Shown here one piece after another: positions 49,104 to 62,663 of a stretch of 64,000 bases of DNA. The notes beneath the pieces are model-generated. The model had not been told where the DNA came from. It was given only the letters and a program-made list of their open reading frames with translations, and did no database searches. Numbering within the stretch: the first letter of the stretch is position 1; each line of letters begins with the position of its first letter. Source of the stretch: Octopus sinensis (Eukaryota); contig NW_021835988.1 in the NCBI RefSeq assembly GCF_006345805.1, positions 186,001 to 250,000 on the forward strand. The letters run 5' to 3'. The translations under genes were made by a program, and so were the position numbers.

Positions 49104-49265
49104 GATATTTTTATATTTTCTATATAATAAAATCATTCAAAAATCACAATTTCTTAATTAATATTATATATTATTGTATTATTTATTTTTAAATTTTGCA
49201 CGTTATCAAATTTTCTAATTACACTATCACAGGAGGATTTATTGAAATAAAAACTTTTAAACAAT

Positions 49266-52200
49266 TTGGATCATTTGATGACGGAATCAGTAGAAGAGAA
49301 CGTTTTAGACTACGTAGGATTGCTAACCGAATACTTATTGAGGATTAAATATGTATGTAAATACATTAATAAAGGGTCGGATCAAGCAATTTTTACAATT
49401 GAGCAGCGTGACGAGCCAAGCTTTTTTCAGCATGGACGATTCATCTGCAGTAATGAAGGAGCATGGAGAATTTTTGGATATCCGATTCATGAAAGATATC
49501 CATTAGTAATGCATTTAGCGGTGCACTTGGAAAATGGACAAAGGATATATTTTACAGAAGAAACTGCCCGTAATCAAATTATGAATCCAAAAAATTCAAC
49601 GCTTATGGCCTACTTTGAATTATGTCGGACTGATGAATTTGCGAAGACAATTTATTATGTTGATGTTCCTAGATATTATACATGGGAAGTGGCCGGAAAG
49701 AAATTTAAAAGAAGGATAAGAGGAGAGCCAGTAAACGGGCATAACGGTATTGTAAGTACGGATGCATTGGGTAGAGTATATACCGTGCATCCAAATAATT
49801 TTGAATGTTATTGTGTTAGGTTACTTTTGCACAACATTCGAGGGCCAAAATCATTCACTGATCTGCGGACTGTCAATGGTGTTACTCTGCGAAACATACA
49901 GAGAAGCCTGTTTTAAATTAGGTCTTTTAGAGGATGACAACCACTGGAATCAGACTTTAACAGAAGCCGCAATTGCAGATTCTCCATCGCGACTAAGGTA
50001 TTTATATACTTTGATGCTAGCCCATTGTGGGTTAGTAAATCCTAAGCAACTGTGAGAAGAGCATCGAGAAAGCATGTGCGAAGATATATTAAGAGAGAAG
50101 AATAGATCGATTTTTAATGAAGAGATTTTCAACATTAGATTAATCATGATAGACAGATTGCTAATATCTGTCGTAGGTAAGAGTGTAAGTGATTTTGGTT
50201 TAACAATCAGTGATCTTCATAATATAAATTTTTTAGATGAGCATTATAATTTAGAAGAACTTCAAAAAATTGTGGAAGAAAGAGAACAAAGCTTATTACC
50301 TGGGCAGTTGGAAATATACAGAGAAATTAACCGAGTCATCCAAGAAGAAAATGGTTCTATCATCTTTATTGATGCACCAGGTGGTACAGGTAAGACCTAC
50401 TTTCTAAATTTATTGTTAGCAAAGGTGAGAAGCGACAATCAAATAGCATTAGCAGTTGCATCGTCTGGAATTGCTGCAACTCTTTTAGATGGAGGTCGAA
50501 CAGCATATTCAACATTCCCTTGAACCTGTCTTACAATACTGAACCGGTTTGTAATGTGAAAAAAAATTCAGTTGCGGGTTATAGAATTATGAATTCTAGG
50601 TTAATTGTTTGGGATGAATCCACAATGGCTCATAAGGGCGCATTCGAAGCAGTCGACAGAACATATAGAGATATCAAGAATTGTGAGGAACTGTTGTTTG
50701 GGGAGCAATAGTTGTATTGGCAGGTGATTTTAGACAAACTCTGCAAATTATTCAAAGAGGGACGCCTGCGGATGAATTGAATGCCTGCCTCAAATCGTCA
50801 TACCTGTGGACACACGTCAAAAGGTAAGCTTAGATGTAAATGTACGTGCACATTTACAAGGCGTCAATAGCATATTCCAAATATCCTTTTAGATATTGGA
50901 AATGGGGCAATTACTTCAGATATACAGGATCAGAAAATCAGTCTACCGAAAGAATTATGTATATATGTGAATACAGCAGAAGAATTATTCAGTTCAGTAT
51001 ATTCTGAACTATCAGAACACTACAGAAATTTCGACTGGCTTCGTGAACGAGCTATATTAGCTCCGCTAAATTATGAGGTACTTAATATAAATTTAGATTT
51101 ATTAATCAAAATCCCTGGAGAAGAAAGAATATATAAATCGGTGGACGTTATTATGGAACATGAAAGAGCCTGCGAATATCCGGTTGAATTTTTAAACTCC
51201 TTAGATCCCTCTGGAATGCCGAATCATCTTTTAAAATTAAAGATAGGCGTTCCAGTGGTTTTATTACGAAATCTTGCGCCACCTAAATTATGCAACGGAA
51301 CGAGGTTAGTTATCAAAAATTTGATGGCTAACGTAATAGAGGCGACGATATTAACAGGTAAGTATAGTGGTGAGGATGTTTATATTCCACGAATTCCGAT
51401 AATTTCTGATGAATTACCATTTAGATTTAAAAGGCTGCAATTTCCTTTGAGGATAAGTTTCGAATCGAACGTAGCGCATCTACAAACAACCTCAGCATTT
51501 TTCGAAACCCACATTAAGATTTCTTTTGACAGTGGAAGTGGTGCTCATACGGAAGCCTGGAAAACCTGGTTACTTGGCGACAAGTTATAGGCCTATAAGC
51601 CTAATTCCTACCATCAGTCGAATAATGGAAAGGGTAATGTTTGAACGACTCTCTGAACACGTCGAGAGAAATGGTTATCTCAAAGACGTGCAGTGGGGCT
51701 TTCGGAGGGGTCGTTCCTGTGCTGACTGTCTTTATACACTCAATTCGTCGATTGTAAAGGCTCTGGATTTCAAAGAGTGTCTGACAATTGTGTCTCTAGA
51801 CATCTCAAAAGCCTTTGATATGGTTTGGCACCTCGGTCTCCTTAGACATCTGGCGAAGTGTCACATAGACAAAGGACTATTCCTATGGCTAAAAGACTTC
51901 CTCCGCGACAGGCGCTCTGTGATAAGCTTTCTGAACTATGACTCGGATGAACTGAAACTTAAAAGAGGCGTCCCTCAAGGATCAGTCCTCAGTCCTCTAT
52001 TATTCAACATTGTGATGAGCAATCTGCCGTCTCCTGTCAACACACGGACGGAAATTTTGATATACGCCGATGATGTTGTAATCCTTGACATTTCATCGAA
52101 ACCTGCCTTATCCGAACAAGGATTATATCATATATGAATACAGTGGAGCAATGGTGCGATGAAAATATGTTCATTATTGCGCGTGAGAAGTCCGCATTAC

Positions 52201-53138
52201 TGAGAATCACAGAAAGCAGAAATTTAATAAATTTACCGTGCCTGATCAAGAACATACCTCGACAAAACTCAATTAAATATCTTGGCTTGTTCATCGATGA
52301 AAGGGAAACTATCTCGAAAACGCAAAATTAAGTAAAAGGAAAGCAACTAATGCTCTGTTCTGCCTGAGAAGTTAAATTTGGAGCCTGATACTTTCCTCTA
52401 CGTTTTCAATACGGTGATCCTACCGGGACTACTATACGGAAAAGAGGGATGGTACTTCTCTAAAAAGAAGGACACCATCTTAACTAAATTTGAAAAGTCT
52501 CGCAGGCTCGCTTTGAAGCTTGCTTACCACCAAAAAGTTGAAGATCCAATCCCCCTGTGGCTTGAAAGTAAATCCTCCATGGTCGGTGAAACTGTCGAAA
52601 AGCTATAAGTGGTTATAAATCCAACTCAATTGTCACTGGGACGTACCTGCAGAGGTAGAAAAGAAAAAAAAAAAAAAAAAAAAAAAAAATTTACTTGAGG
52701 GGTCTCTTTTTTTTTTCTGGGAAGAAGTCGATAGGGTAGTCCTATTGTTTCATTATACAAACTCCCCCTAACCTTTAACCCTTCTCTGTTTCCAATAAAA
52801 CTTCCTTCCTTCCTTCCTTCCTTCCTTGAGGATAAGTTTTGCAATGACAATAAACAAGGCCCAGGGACAGTCATTAAAGGTAGTTGGGTTATTTTTAGAA
52901 AGTGAGTGCTTTTCACATGGACAGCTGTATGTGGGATGCTCGAGGGTAGGCAGAAGAGAAAATTTATTCATATATGCCAAGGAAGGACGGACGACAAACA
53001 TCGTTTATCAACAGGCGATAGAATAGGGTTACATTAAACCAGGTAGTTTTATACATCTACATAAACTTATAGTTGTTTGATGAAACAGGCCCTCCGCAGG
53101 AGCTAGGTCGCCGTGAGCGAAGCGAGCTGCCGAGCTAG
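49266..53138 (+). mobile_element. Degenerate Helitron (Rep C-terminal region + PIF1-family helicase)
   Basis: KYINKGSDQA, WRIFGYPIHER, LAVHLENGQ, DAPGGTGKT, ASSGIAATLL..GRT, WDEST, GDFRQ, LLRNL..LCNGTR, FAMTINKAQGQS, FSHGQLYVGCSRV; ends GAGCTAG|T at 53138. Many frameshifts; 5' end not defined. Confidence 0.92.
51461..52825 (+). mobile_element. 5'-truncated non-LTR retrotransposon in the Helitron helicase; 14-bp TSD, (CTTC)n tail
   Basis: TSD TTGAGGATAAGTTT at 51447-51460 and 52826-52839; removal restores FPLRISFAMT. RT motifs LDISKAFD, GVPQGSVLSP, YADD; AATAAA at 52794, then (CTTC)6. Confidence 0.92.
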
Positions 53139-53687
53139 TTTTCTATAAAAATTTATAAATATAGGTCCGAATAAAAAGAGATTTTGGAACGAATCCTTCA
53201 CTAAAATTAAATAAATTTGAAAGTCCATATGGTTCTCCGGTTAAAATTGTTCAGATTTTTTCAAATAACTATGCTGAGATTGAGAAAAAAGATGGCTCAA
53301 AAGATAAAATTCAAATTCATCGGCTTAAAAAGAAAATTAATTAATTTTTTGAATTTTTATTAAAAATTTGTTTCAATTTGAGAGTTAAACACCGATATCG
53401 AAGTGTGAAACTTTTTGTAAAAAAGGTAAGAACTTAATAAAAATTCAAGTTCCAGTAGCATAACGAATCATCTTTTTTGTATTTGAGTTTTTTGTAAAAT
53501 TTATTAAATGACATAAAAACAGATAATAGATAATAAAATTAAAAATAAGTACAATATTAAATTTATAAGCTAATTTTAACCTCATATTATATTTTATTAT
53601 TTCAGTATAAAAGTTTTGGCAAAATTTTTTCATCTGGTGCTGAACTTTTGTATAATTATATATACCCATATGGTTATCAATCATTAT

Positions 53688-55567
53688 TAGGGCAATTTTT
53701 TGCCTAAAATGCCTTTTTGCACCAAAAGGTCTATTTATTTAAATAATTAATTTAAGCTATAATTTAATTAAAATAGATTTATCTACAACGAGTTATAAAT
53801 GCCTTAAATGCTTAAAAAATTGTTAAGGTCCTAAAAAATTTTTTTAAGGTCCTAAAAATTTTTTTAAGGTCTTAAAAATTTTTAAAATAAATTATTTTTA
53901 AATGTTACAAAAAAATATTTTAAAAATAACAAATTAGGCACGCTATAAATTACTTTTTTGTGTTCAAATGCCACGTGTACGTTCTACAATAAAGTCTAAA
54001 GCTCTAAAAGCCTATGAAACTTACGTAAAAGAATTCACAGTGATTAAAGGCAGTCTATATTGTAAAATATGTATGATCTACGTCAATGCATCAAAAAAAT
54101 ATTATATTGATCAGCATAGACAATCTACAAAACATCTAAAGCTTTTGAGTAATTTAAAATTATTTTTTTTAGATAACAATGAAGGATTCCAACAATCCTT
54201 AGATTCCCTATTCAACGGTCAAACCGAAACGGAAGACTTTCAGAGTATGCCGATGGAAGTTGCCAAAGCCTTTTCTGAAGCAAACATTCCTCTTCATAAG
54301 CTCAATAATCCAAGCTTAAAGGGATTGTTTGAAAAATTGAATATTTCGCTTCCTTCCCAGTCAGCCTGTCGCAATTGTATTCCTGCAATCAGTGAACAAA
54401 AATTATCCAAGTATAAAAGTGATCTAAGGTTAACAAATGATTAATTTTTAGATCTCAAAAGATTTTTATGGTTGTTGACGAGGGTGACGTAAATGGACAG
54501 AAGTTTGTAGTTGTTCTCATTGGGAATATCGCTTATCCAGAGAAGACCTATTTAATTTCGTGTGAACCTTTATATGAATCTGTAACTGCTAACACAATTC
54601 TTCAGATTATCGATGAAGAGATTAAAAAATTCGAGATTATACGCAATAATTTTCTTCTTTTTCTTTCTGATGCAGCCCCGTATATGATTTTGGGTAGTTT
54701 GTTGAATTATTTTTAGCCGGAAAAACATTGAAAATGCTTTATCCTAGGATGTTCCATGTAACATGTGTTGCACATTTGTTACATAATTGCTGTCTCAGAG
54801 TAAAGGCGTATTATTCGGACGTTGATAATCTTATTGCGACTATAAAGACATCAATAGTGAAAAACAAAACTAGAAAAAAAATGTTTTCTACAATTGGTTA
54901 TCCGCCCGACGTCATCATAACTAGATGGGGTAGTTGGCTGCAAGCAGCATACTATTATGCAAATAATTTTGTATCAATTGCTGAAATTGTGGAGAATTTC
55001 AAAGACGACGGAATATTAGTTAAAAAAGTAAAACAAGCAATTGAATCGCCAACCTTAAGAAAAAGTCTAATGGAAATAAATGAAAATTATCAGATACTTA
55101 ATCAAATATTGAAAAAAATGGAATCCACAAGTTATACAATAAATGATGCACATTCAGATCTTTGTTTGTTAAAATTTCCGTCTGATAATGCAGAAATAAA
55201 TGAATACATACAAAAAGATTACACAAAAATGACATAGAATCAATTATAGAAATGGAGAAAAGTAATATCTCCCCTGAAGAATATGGACTAATAAGAAAAT
55301 GTCAGTGTACATCATCAACCGTTGAAAGAGCATTTTCTATGCTTAAAAAATTAATTACTAAAGATAGAGGTTTCAATGCGGAAAATGTCAAAAATTATTT
55401 AATACCTTACTATAACAAATAATTTTTTACGACTTTTTGATTTAATACCTTATTAAAATGTGCCTAAAAATGTAGAATAAAGTCCTAAAAATTAAAAATA
55501 AAGTCCTAAAATGCCTATTTTTAAGGTCCTAAAAATAAATTTTAAGTGCCTGAAAAAAATTGCCCTA
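53688..55567 (+). mobile_element. Complete 1880-bp hAT transposon with 8-bp TSD and intron-containing transposase
   Basis: TIR TAGGGCAATTTTTT at both ends; TSD ATCATTAT at 53680-53687 and 55568-55575; subterminal AAGGTCCTAAAA repeats. Confidence 0.93.
53968..55421 (+). CDS. hAT transposase split by 23-nt introns; one 1-nt frameshift in an A-run near 55212
   Basis: Introns 54429-54451 and 54694-54716 (probably also 54149-54172) join the ORFs to give C..C..H..H BED-like finger, MVVDEG, SDAAPYMILAG, TCVAHLLHN, TRWGSW, VERAFS. Confidence 0.85.
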
Positions 55568-56273
55568 ATCATTATTTATTAGCGAATCAATAATGTGCGC
55601 TCAGGGCGTAGGGCGCGTTGTGCATGTGACATAATATAGCGACCAGAAGGAGAAGTTTTAAATAATTAAAAAATACTAGAAAAGATCAAAATATTAGAAA
55701 AATCAGAATAGTAAAAAAAATCAAAATAATAGAAAAATCAAAATAAACAATAAATACTAGAAAGAAGTAAATTTAAAAAAGTTTGTATGAGTGCATATTA
55801 ATTAAATGATAAAATGAATACAAATTCACTTGCAAAATATACTTTATGCAAGATATTTTACCAGCAATCAATTTAATTAATAGTCAAACAAATAAAAAAA
55901 CAAAAAATTATAAAATTAAACATAAAAGCACGAAAAAATAAAAAGAATTAACTGCATACATGCACAACAAAAGAAAATAATATAACGTGCGTAATAATTT
56001 ATTGTAGTTAATTCGATAAATTAAAAACATTTAAAAAATAAAATAAATAACATTTAATGTCTTCAATCTGTATTATTTCTGCTCGTCAATTGTAAGAGCA
56101 AAAAGAAATTGTTCAACAAGAATCCTTTTCTGTAAACCTGCCACTAAAAAGCCGATTTTGTCTCCAAAAAACAAGTTTGTTGAGCCATAGGAAAAATGCT
56201 GGAATTTCCACATCCTTAGATACAAAATTGATGTCGTCAGTGTATATTAGTTCCACAAAATGACTATTTAAGT

Positions 56274-57170
56274 CGGGGGTGTCAAAGATACGGCCCCCGG
56301 GCCAAAGCTGCCAGCTCTTTATCAATTAATTAATTAATATGCATATATATTTCGCGAATTTCGCGATTGTCTTGAAATGGCACATTTGAATCCTTCAAAA
56401 ATGTTTTCAATTGCTACAGATGGATGTCCTTCTATGGTTGGATGGAAAACTGGGTTTCAAGGTCTCGTAGCTGGATGGCGAGTAGATGATGAGTTGAGTC
56501 CTGTGATTTGGCATCACTGCATCCTGCATCAAGAAAAATTTATCCGCGAAATCTATGAAATGGACCATGTTACAGAAACGGTCATTTCGATCGTAAATTT
56601 TATTCGATCCCGTGCTTTAAATCATCGGAATTTCAAGATATTTCTCGAGGATGTTGACGTCAAGTATGGAGATTTGCTTATGCATACAACTGTACGATGG
56701 TTGAGTCGGGCAGCATGTCTAAAAGGTTATATAAATTTAAACTAAATCGCATTTAGATTTTATGACCTTCTCCCGAAGATTATGCATTTTATTGACAATA
56801 AGATATTTTATCCTCAGCTTACTGATAAGGAGTGGATTGCAAATTTAGCATTTATGGTAGATATTCTACGCACCTTTCAATTTTGAATACTTCTCTGCAA
56901 GGTAAGGGCAAACTATGTCATGAATTGTACGGAATGGTTTCTGCATTTATCGAAAAACTACACCTTTGGAATATACAAATTGAAAGTAGAGTTACCATTC
57001 ATTTCCCAATACTTTCAAATCACAGGGAAGATGGATCCTATGAAAAATATATCTGCGTTTGCACGACCACTTTATAATATGTCAAAAATTCTGAAGAATA
57101 CGACATTTTGTGTCGAATTTTGGATTCTGAAACCTGTTCTCATAAATCTAGACACCGTAATTACCGGTTG
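56274..57170 (+). pseudogene. Internally deleted Buster/GTF2IRD2-like hAT fragment
   Basis: Left end C(G)GGGGTGTCAAAGATACGGCCC; TDGCPSM, HCILHQE, VRWLSR. Confidence 0.75.
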
Positions 57171-58881
57171 AGAAAGAAGGCGGAAAAATTTATTCTTTAC
57201 TGTACTTGAAATAATTTATCACTAATTTGAATAATTTGTCTTAAAAAATACAATAAACTATAGTTATAAAAATAAACAATAAAAAACTAATAAAGATACA
57301 AATGACACACTAAAATAAAAGAAAAAAATAAACTTAATTTAGAAAATCCATGTGAATAAAGATTAATGAATCGATAAAATCAGGACAAATTCACCTGGAA
57401 AATAAACTTTATTTGAATATTTTACCAGCAATCAATTTAATTAATCTTCAATCAAATAAAAAAACGAAAATATTTAATATAAATACAACATTGATAGCAA
57501 TATTGAATTAAATACGAATTAAAAAAATCCACAAAACAAGAAAATAATATAACGTGCTTTTAATGTAAATAATTTATTGTATTTATTCGATAAATTAAGA
57601 ACATTTAAAAAATAAAATAAATAACATTTAATTTCTCCATTCATTAAATGAACCACGCAGCTGAGTGGACCGAGTTCTTTGTATTAAAATAAAAATGTAT
57701 TTTTTATGAAATAAATGACTATCGAATTGCATTAAGTTAATGGATAATATTCTCTCTAATAAAAATATTATTATCACACATTGCAGCATGGTTTTAATAA
57801 AGCTTTTTCTGCATAAAATACAACAAATTGAGCATTATCTTAATTCTCATCTCTCAAAGATGTCGAAAAGATAAAGATTAGGAAAATTTTCTCATCTAAT
57901 CCGCTTTAAAGACTTAAATATTTAAATCCTGCAAGAAGAACGCCGTTTTTTGCGGTCGAGAAATAAAAGCTAAAGCTCAAACACATTGAGGTTACCAATT
58001 GTTAAACATGATCTGTCAGAACATTGAATCACTATGAGCGAGATCGTCTATTTGACATGTTTTGTAAACAAAAATAATAATAATTAAGTTGATAATGAGA
58101 TTAGTGATTTTATTATCTCATCTAGAAAAATTGGAAAAAAGCATTAATTATTATTTTTCTTAATATTGAAATATATGATTGGATTAGAAATCCATTCTCA
58201 GAATCACGTGACTATCAACTTACTCCAGCAAAAGAAAAGAAGCTTTCCTAATTTCGATATGACCGCACATTAAAAATGAAATTTGCCGAATTGTCTACCG
58301 ATATGTGACTAAAAATTGCCATCTGGAATTCAGGATTTCCACGGTAATCTGACTCGATTTGCATTGTGTGTATAGAACTGAGATGGATGTTTTTCTCTGC
58401 AATTTTATCAGTTGTTTTCAGTAAAATTTCCTCAAAGTGTTTATTTCAGGTTTGATTATTCAGCATGTCTATCCGTAATAAGTCAGAGTCGGGACGACAA
58501 ACGTGTTATAGATCTTTAGTTTTGACTTTGTATTGCGCTTTCTTATAGGCCAGATATTTACGAGTTTATTATACACAGCGATTGGTAATGTCTTTCTATG
58601 GCTGACATCTGCAGAATCACGTAGCAGTTATCTAACTTTTTTATGTTTTCTCAGGGGTTTATCATATGTGCGTCTAGCTGGAAAAATGTTTTTCTCACGC
58701 TTGGTATCTGGTAGGCCTTTCTCCCAACGACCAGTCGTAACTACGGTCGGGGATTTGCAATCAACCAAAAATTATAAAAGCACGTATCCCAAGTGTGGTC
58801 CGTCTCGAACAGGATGGCGGTGTTTCAACTCAAATTTATAAACAGCCCCAACTCACTGGTCAAAATTATCAATGTGTAAAC

Positions 58882-60990
58882 CAGGGCTTGCCAACCCAAG
58901 GCCCGCGGCCCGCGAGAGAAATTTTGTATGTAGTTAACCTATAAATACATTCAAGATAAATTTTTCTTAAGTTTAATAAATAAAGATAAATTTTATAAGT
59001 TTAATAAATTTTAAAGTTTATCTACTTTTGTAGCTGTTATCAATATGAAGAAAAGGAAAATTTTTGAAGAAAACAGGCAATTCAGCAATCATTGGGAAGA
59101 AGATTACTTTTTTATAATGCATAATTCCAAGCCAACATGTTTAATTTGCAAGGAGAAAGTATCGGTGGTGAAAGAGTACAATGTAAGAAGACATTATGAA
59201 ACAAAGCATTCCGAATACGCGAAATTTAGTAAGGAATTGAAAACAAGGAAACTGGATTCGCTTAAATCTGAATTGAGAAATCAGCAAAGACTATTAAATT
59301 CATCGATACACTCTTCTTCTGATACTGTTAAAGCAAGCTACTCTGTTGCAATGATAATTTCAAAGAGAATGAAATCATTTTCGGATGGAGAATTCGTAAA
59401 AGAGTGTTTGGATTCTGTCGTGAAAGACATTTTGCCAGATAAAACTAAAAAGTTTTCAAACATCAGCTTGTCACGTCAAACCATATGTCGCAGGGTTAAT
59501 GACATTTCAAATGAAATTGTGGTGACTTTGCGTGATCAAATAAAATATTTCAAAAGTTATTCTTTGGCCTTTGACGAATGCACGGATATATCAGACACGT
59601 CTCAACTTGTAGTATATATTCGTGGAGTTACCGAATTTTTTCAAGTGAAACAAGAAATGCTTAACCTTGTCAGTTTGAAAGATACTACAAAGGGCGAAGA
59701 TATTTTCCAAGCTGTTATGAAATGTTTATCCGACAATGGAGCGAATTTAGAGACCCTTGCTGGATTGACAACAGATGGGGCGCCGGCTATGATTGGAAAA
59801 AATAAAGGAGTTGTAAAGCTAATAATAGATGAGATGGAGTCAAGAAGCATAAAAATGATTTATTTGTAATACACTGCTTGATACATCAACACAATTTGTG
59901 CGCGCAAGTGTTGTCTATGAACCATGTTATGAGTGTGGTTGTAAGAACTATAAACTTCATTTGTTCTCATGCACTTCAACATCGCCAGTTTAAAGAATTA
60001 TTGAACGAGTTATATTCTCACTATGGTGATCTTGTGTATTTTTCCAATGTCAGATGGCTGAGTCGCGGAAAATGTTTGAAACGTTTTTTCGACTTGAGAG
60101 AAGAAATCAAAAGTTTTATGATGCATAAGAAAATGACATTAACTGAATTAAATGATGAAGAATGGATGCTAGATCTGTGCTTTTTGGTAGATATAACCGA
60201 AAAAATTAATCAATTAAACAAGGAGTTACAAGGACAGGATAATTTGATTACTAATGCATGCCATCAAATCAAAGCATTTCGAATGAAATTGTCATTGTTT
60301 GAATGTCAAATAAGAAATAGAAATGATCAACATTTTTCAACGCTAAATCAATTTAAAACCAGCCATTGTAAAAATTTCTTCAAGTACGCTGATGAAATAA
60401 AAAATCTTGCTGCAGCATTTGACAGTCGATTCTCGGAACTAAACAAATATGAGAAAATGTTTGAAACATTTTCTTCTCCATTTCATGTTGACGTTTCTAT
60501 TGTTTCAAATACTTTGCAGACGGAAATAATTGATCTACAGTGCAACAGTGAACTAAGACTTGTTTATCCTACTATATCCAAAATTGACTTTTATAACAAA
60601 TATGTGACTGCAGAAAAATATCCTAACTTAAGAATTTTTGCACAAAGAGTTGTAAACTCCTTTGGATCTACTTACGTATGTGAATCATTCTTTTCGAAAT
60701 TAAAGTTTAGTAAAAGTAGATATAGATCTTCTTTAACAGATAAAAACTTAGAAAACCAATTAAGATGTGCAACTAGTAATTGTGAAGTTGATTTGAAAAA
60801 ATTAAGTGAAGATAAAGAAAAACAGATTTCTCATTGATACGTATAATTGGACTGAATGCTATTTTACTAAATAAAATCTTATCTGTGTTGTTTTGATATC
60901 TATCCTTAGTATGTACATGTATATGCGGCCCGCGGAAAAAATTCATTTGGACAAAGTGGCCCGCGATGAGATTTGGGTTGGCCAGGCCTG
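58882..60990 (+). mobile_element. Full-length Buster/SPIN-like (GTF2IRD2-type) hAT; transposase 59045-60837 with a single frameshift
   Basis: TIRs CAGGGCTTGCCAACCCAA / CAGGCCTGGCCAACCCAA; CLIC..RRHYETKH finger, AFDECTD, TDGAPAM, HCLIHQ, VRWLSRG, YVCESFFS; 1-nt loss near 59860. Confidence 0.92.
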
Positions 60991-62663
60991 ACTTAGAGTT
61001 TCAATAAATAGTAACCCTGTTATAATAAAAATTTACTAATCGACTATTTAAGGAGCAAATAGAAAAATAATCTTAACCTATTGAATGTATTACTAAATAA
61101 GTGGAAATTCTAGTCGATTAAAGACCGTTATACTAGACAGTAATGTTGGAAAGCTTAAGGATGGAATATACTTTAAATAAGTTATGATAAATTTTTTGGC
61201 TAAAGAACCTTGAAATGTTTTTTTCTGAGCTGTGTATAGATAACTCGTCCATTTAAAATTTTTTTGCTTATAAAGGACAGCTATATTGTAGTACATATAA
61301 ACCCGGAGTTTAATAAGAACTTTTGTATTCAGTCAAAAGAAAACATTTCGTTTGATTTAGATTTAGGTCCATTAGCTAGCATCTAAGCTTTGACTATTGC
61401 TTTTACTAAAATGCTCCATCGACTCAAATAGGAGCAACAATCAGCATTGTAGCACTTAAAAAACTGTTCGATAGTAGTGTGGGATACTTGATTAGAAAAT
61501 GATTTGAAGACTAGAATTACAAACGCCTATGACCTTTAAAAAACACAGCAGTCTTTCAAATCTCAGTCTAGACAGCCTGACACCATCAAATTTTCTTAAA
61601 TAACAACCATTTATAGATTTCATTAAACTCTTTGAAATGAAATTAGTCCCCAGCAGTCGCAAACAAAAAGGTCACACATGAGGATAAAAACAATTATAAA
61701 TCTGTAAACAAAAATATAATTCATATTAATTCAGTGATGGTAAATTAATTATGTGGAAACGTCACAAATCCAAATCCATAATGTCAGAATGTACGTAGTC
61801 CACTCTCAAACACAATATTTGCCTGATCTCTACTTGAGAAAGACGCCAAGAGATTTGTTCAGCGTTCCAGATGGAGACTACCTCTTGCAACTAGGCAATC
61901 AAAGTCTTCCACCAACCGAATTTGTAGTAAGAACTGACAGTATTTGCAAGACACGTACAAAATTGTCACGATAAGCCCAGGTCGACATTGCAATAATGTG
62001 ATTAGACAAAATCCTAACCTCCTTCTCCAATAACACGGATCGAGTCTAAGAATATAACAAAAAGTTGTACAATGTCAAAACAGGTCCTAAAAATTGCTTT
62101 TTCGACCAAATTAGTCAGTTCCCTTACTGAAACGTCGAGGAAACGCTCATAGTTTGCTTCTGTAAGTTCTTTCTAAACAATTAATAAAAAACACAACCTT
62201 GAAAAGAGAAAAAAACTCGTTGACTTGTTCACAAATATCTGCACAATTCGCATCAATTTCATAATCATCAATCACTTGTCTGACATGTGCGGTCTGACAT
62301 TAAAAAGTTGCCATATTTTGCATCACCTGTTCGTTTTGGTCAAGAGGGAATAGAAAAAGTCTTTCCTCTGCCAGACCTGACCAAACAACAGCAGGCAATG
62401 ATACACCTTGCATTCTTTGAGGCAGAAATAAAATCTGGACTTGATTACTTCAATTAACATTTATCTCATAATTCTGATTCTGCTAATAACAACAAACATC
62501 GTTGATGATAAAATCATTTTGGGACAAATGAAAAAATTGAGAGGCAGTTACCGCGTAGAATAGAGACCGAGACGCGCTGGAAGAGCTATCTGCAAGAGCC
62601 AAATATTTAACTTTAGATAATTAATGCCTCGTTAAATTCTTCTATTTAAAATATTTTCCCGCA

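Noticed and set aside
52664-52689. Poly(A) tail marking the LINE 3' end
   Set aside because: The TSD and the restored helicase frame place the end at 52825, after the CTTC repeats.
58500-58850. Possible RTE 3' relic on the minus strand; similar weak relics at 56090-56250, 61740-62000 and 62250-62480
   Set aside because: Too degenerate to assign by eye.
59855-59880. Micro-intron between the two ORFs of the Buster-type hAT
   Set aside because: No suitable GT-AG pair; a single missing base restores ..LFVIHCLIHQ.
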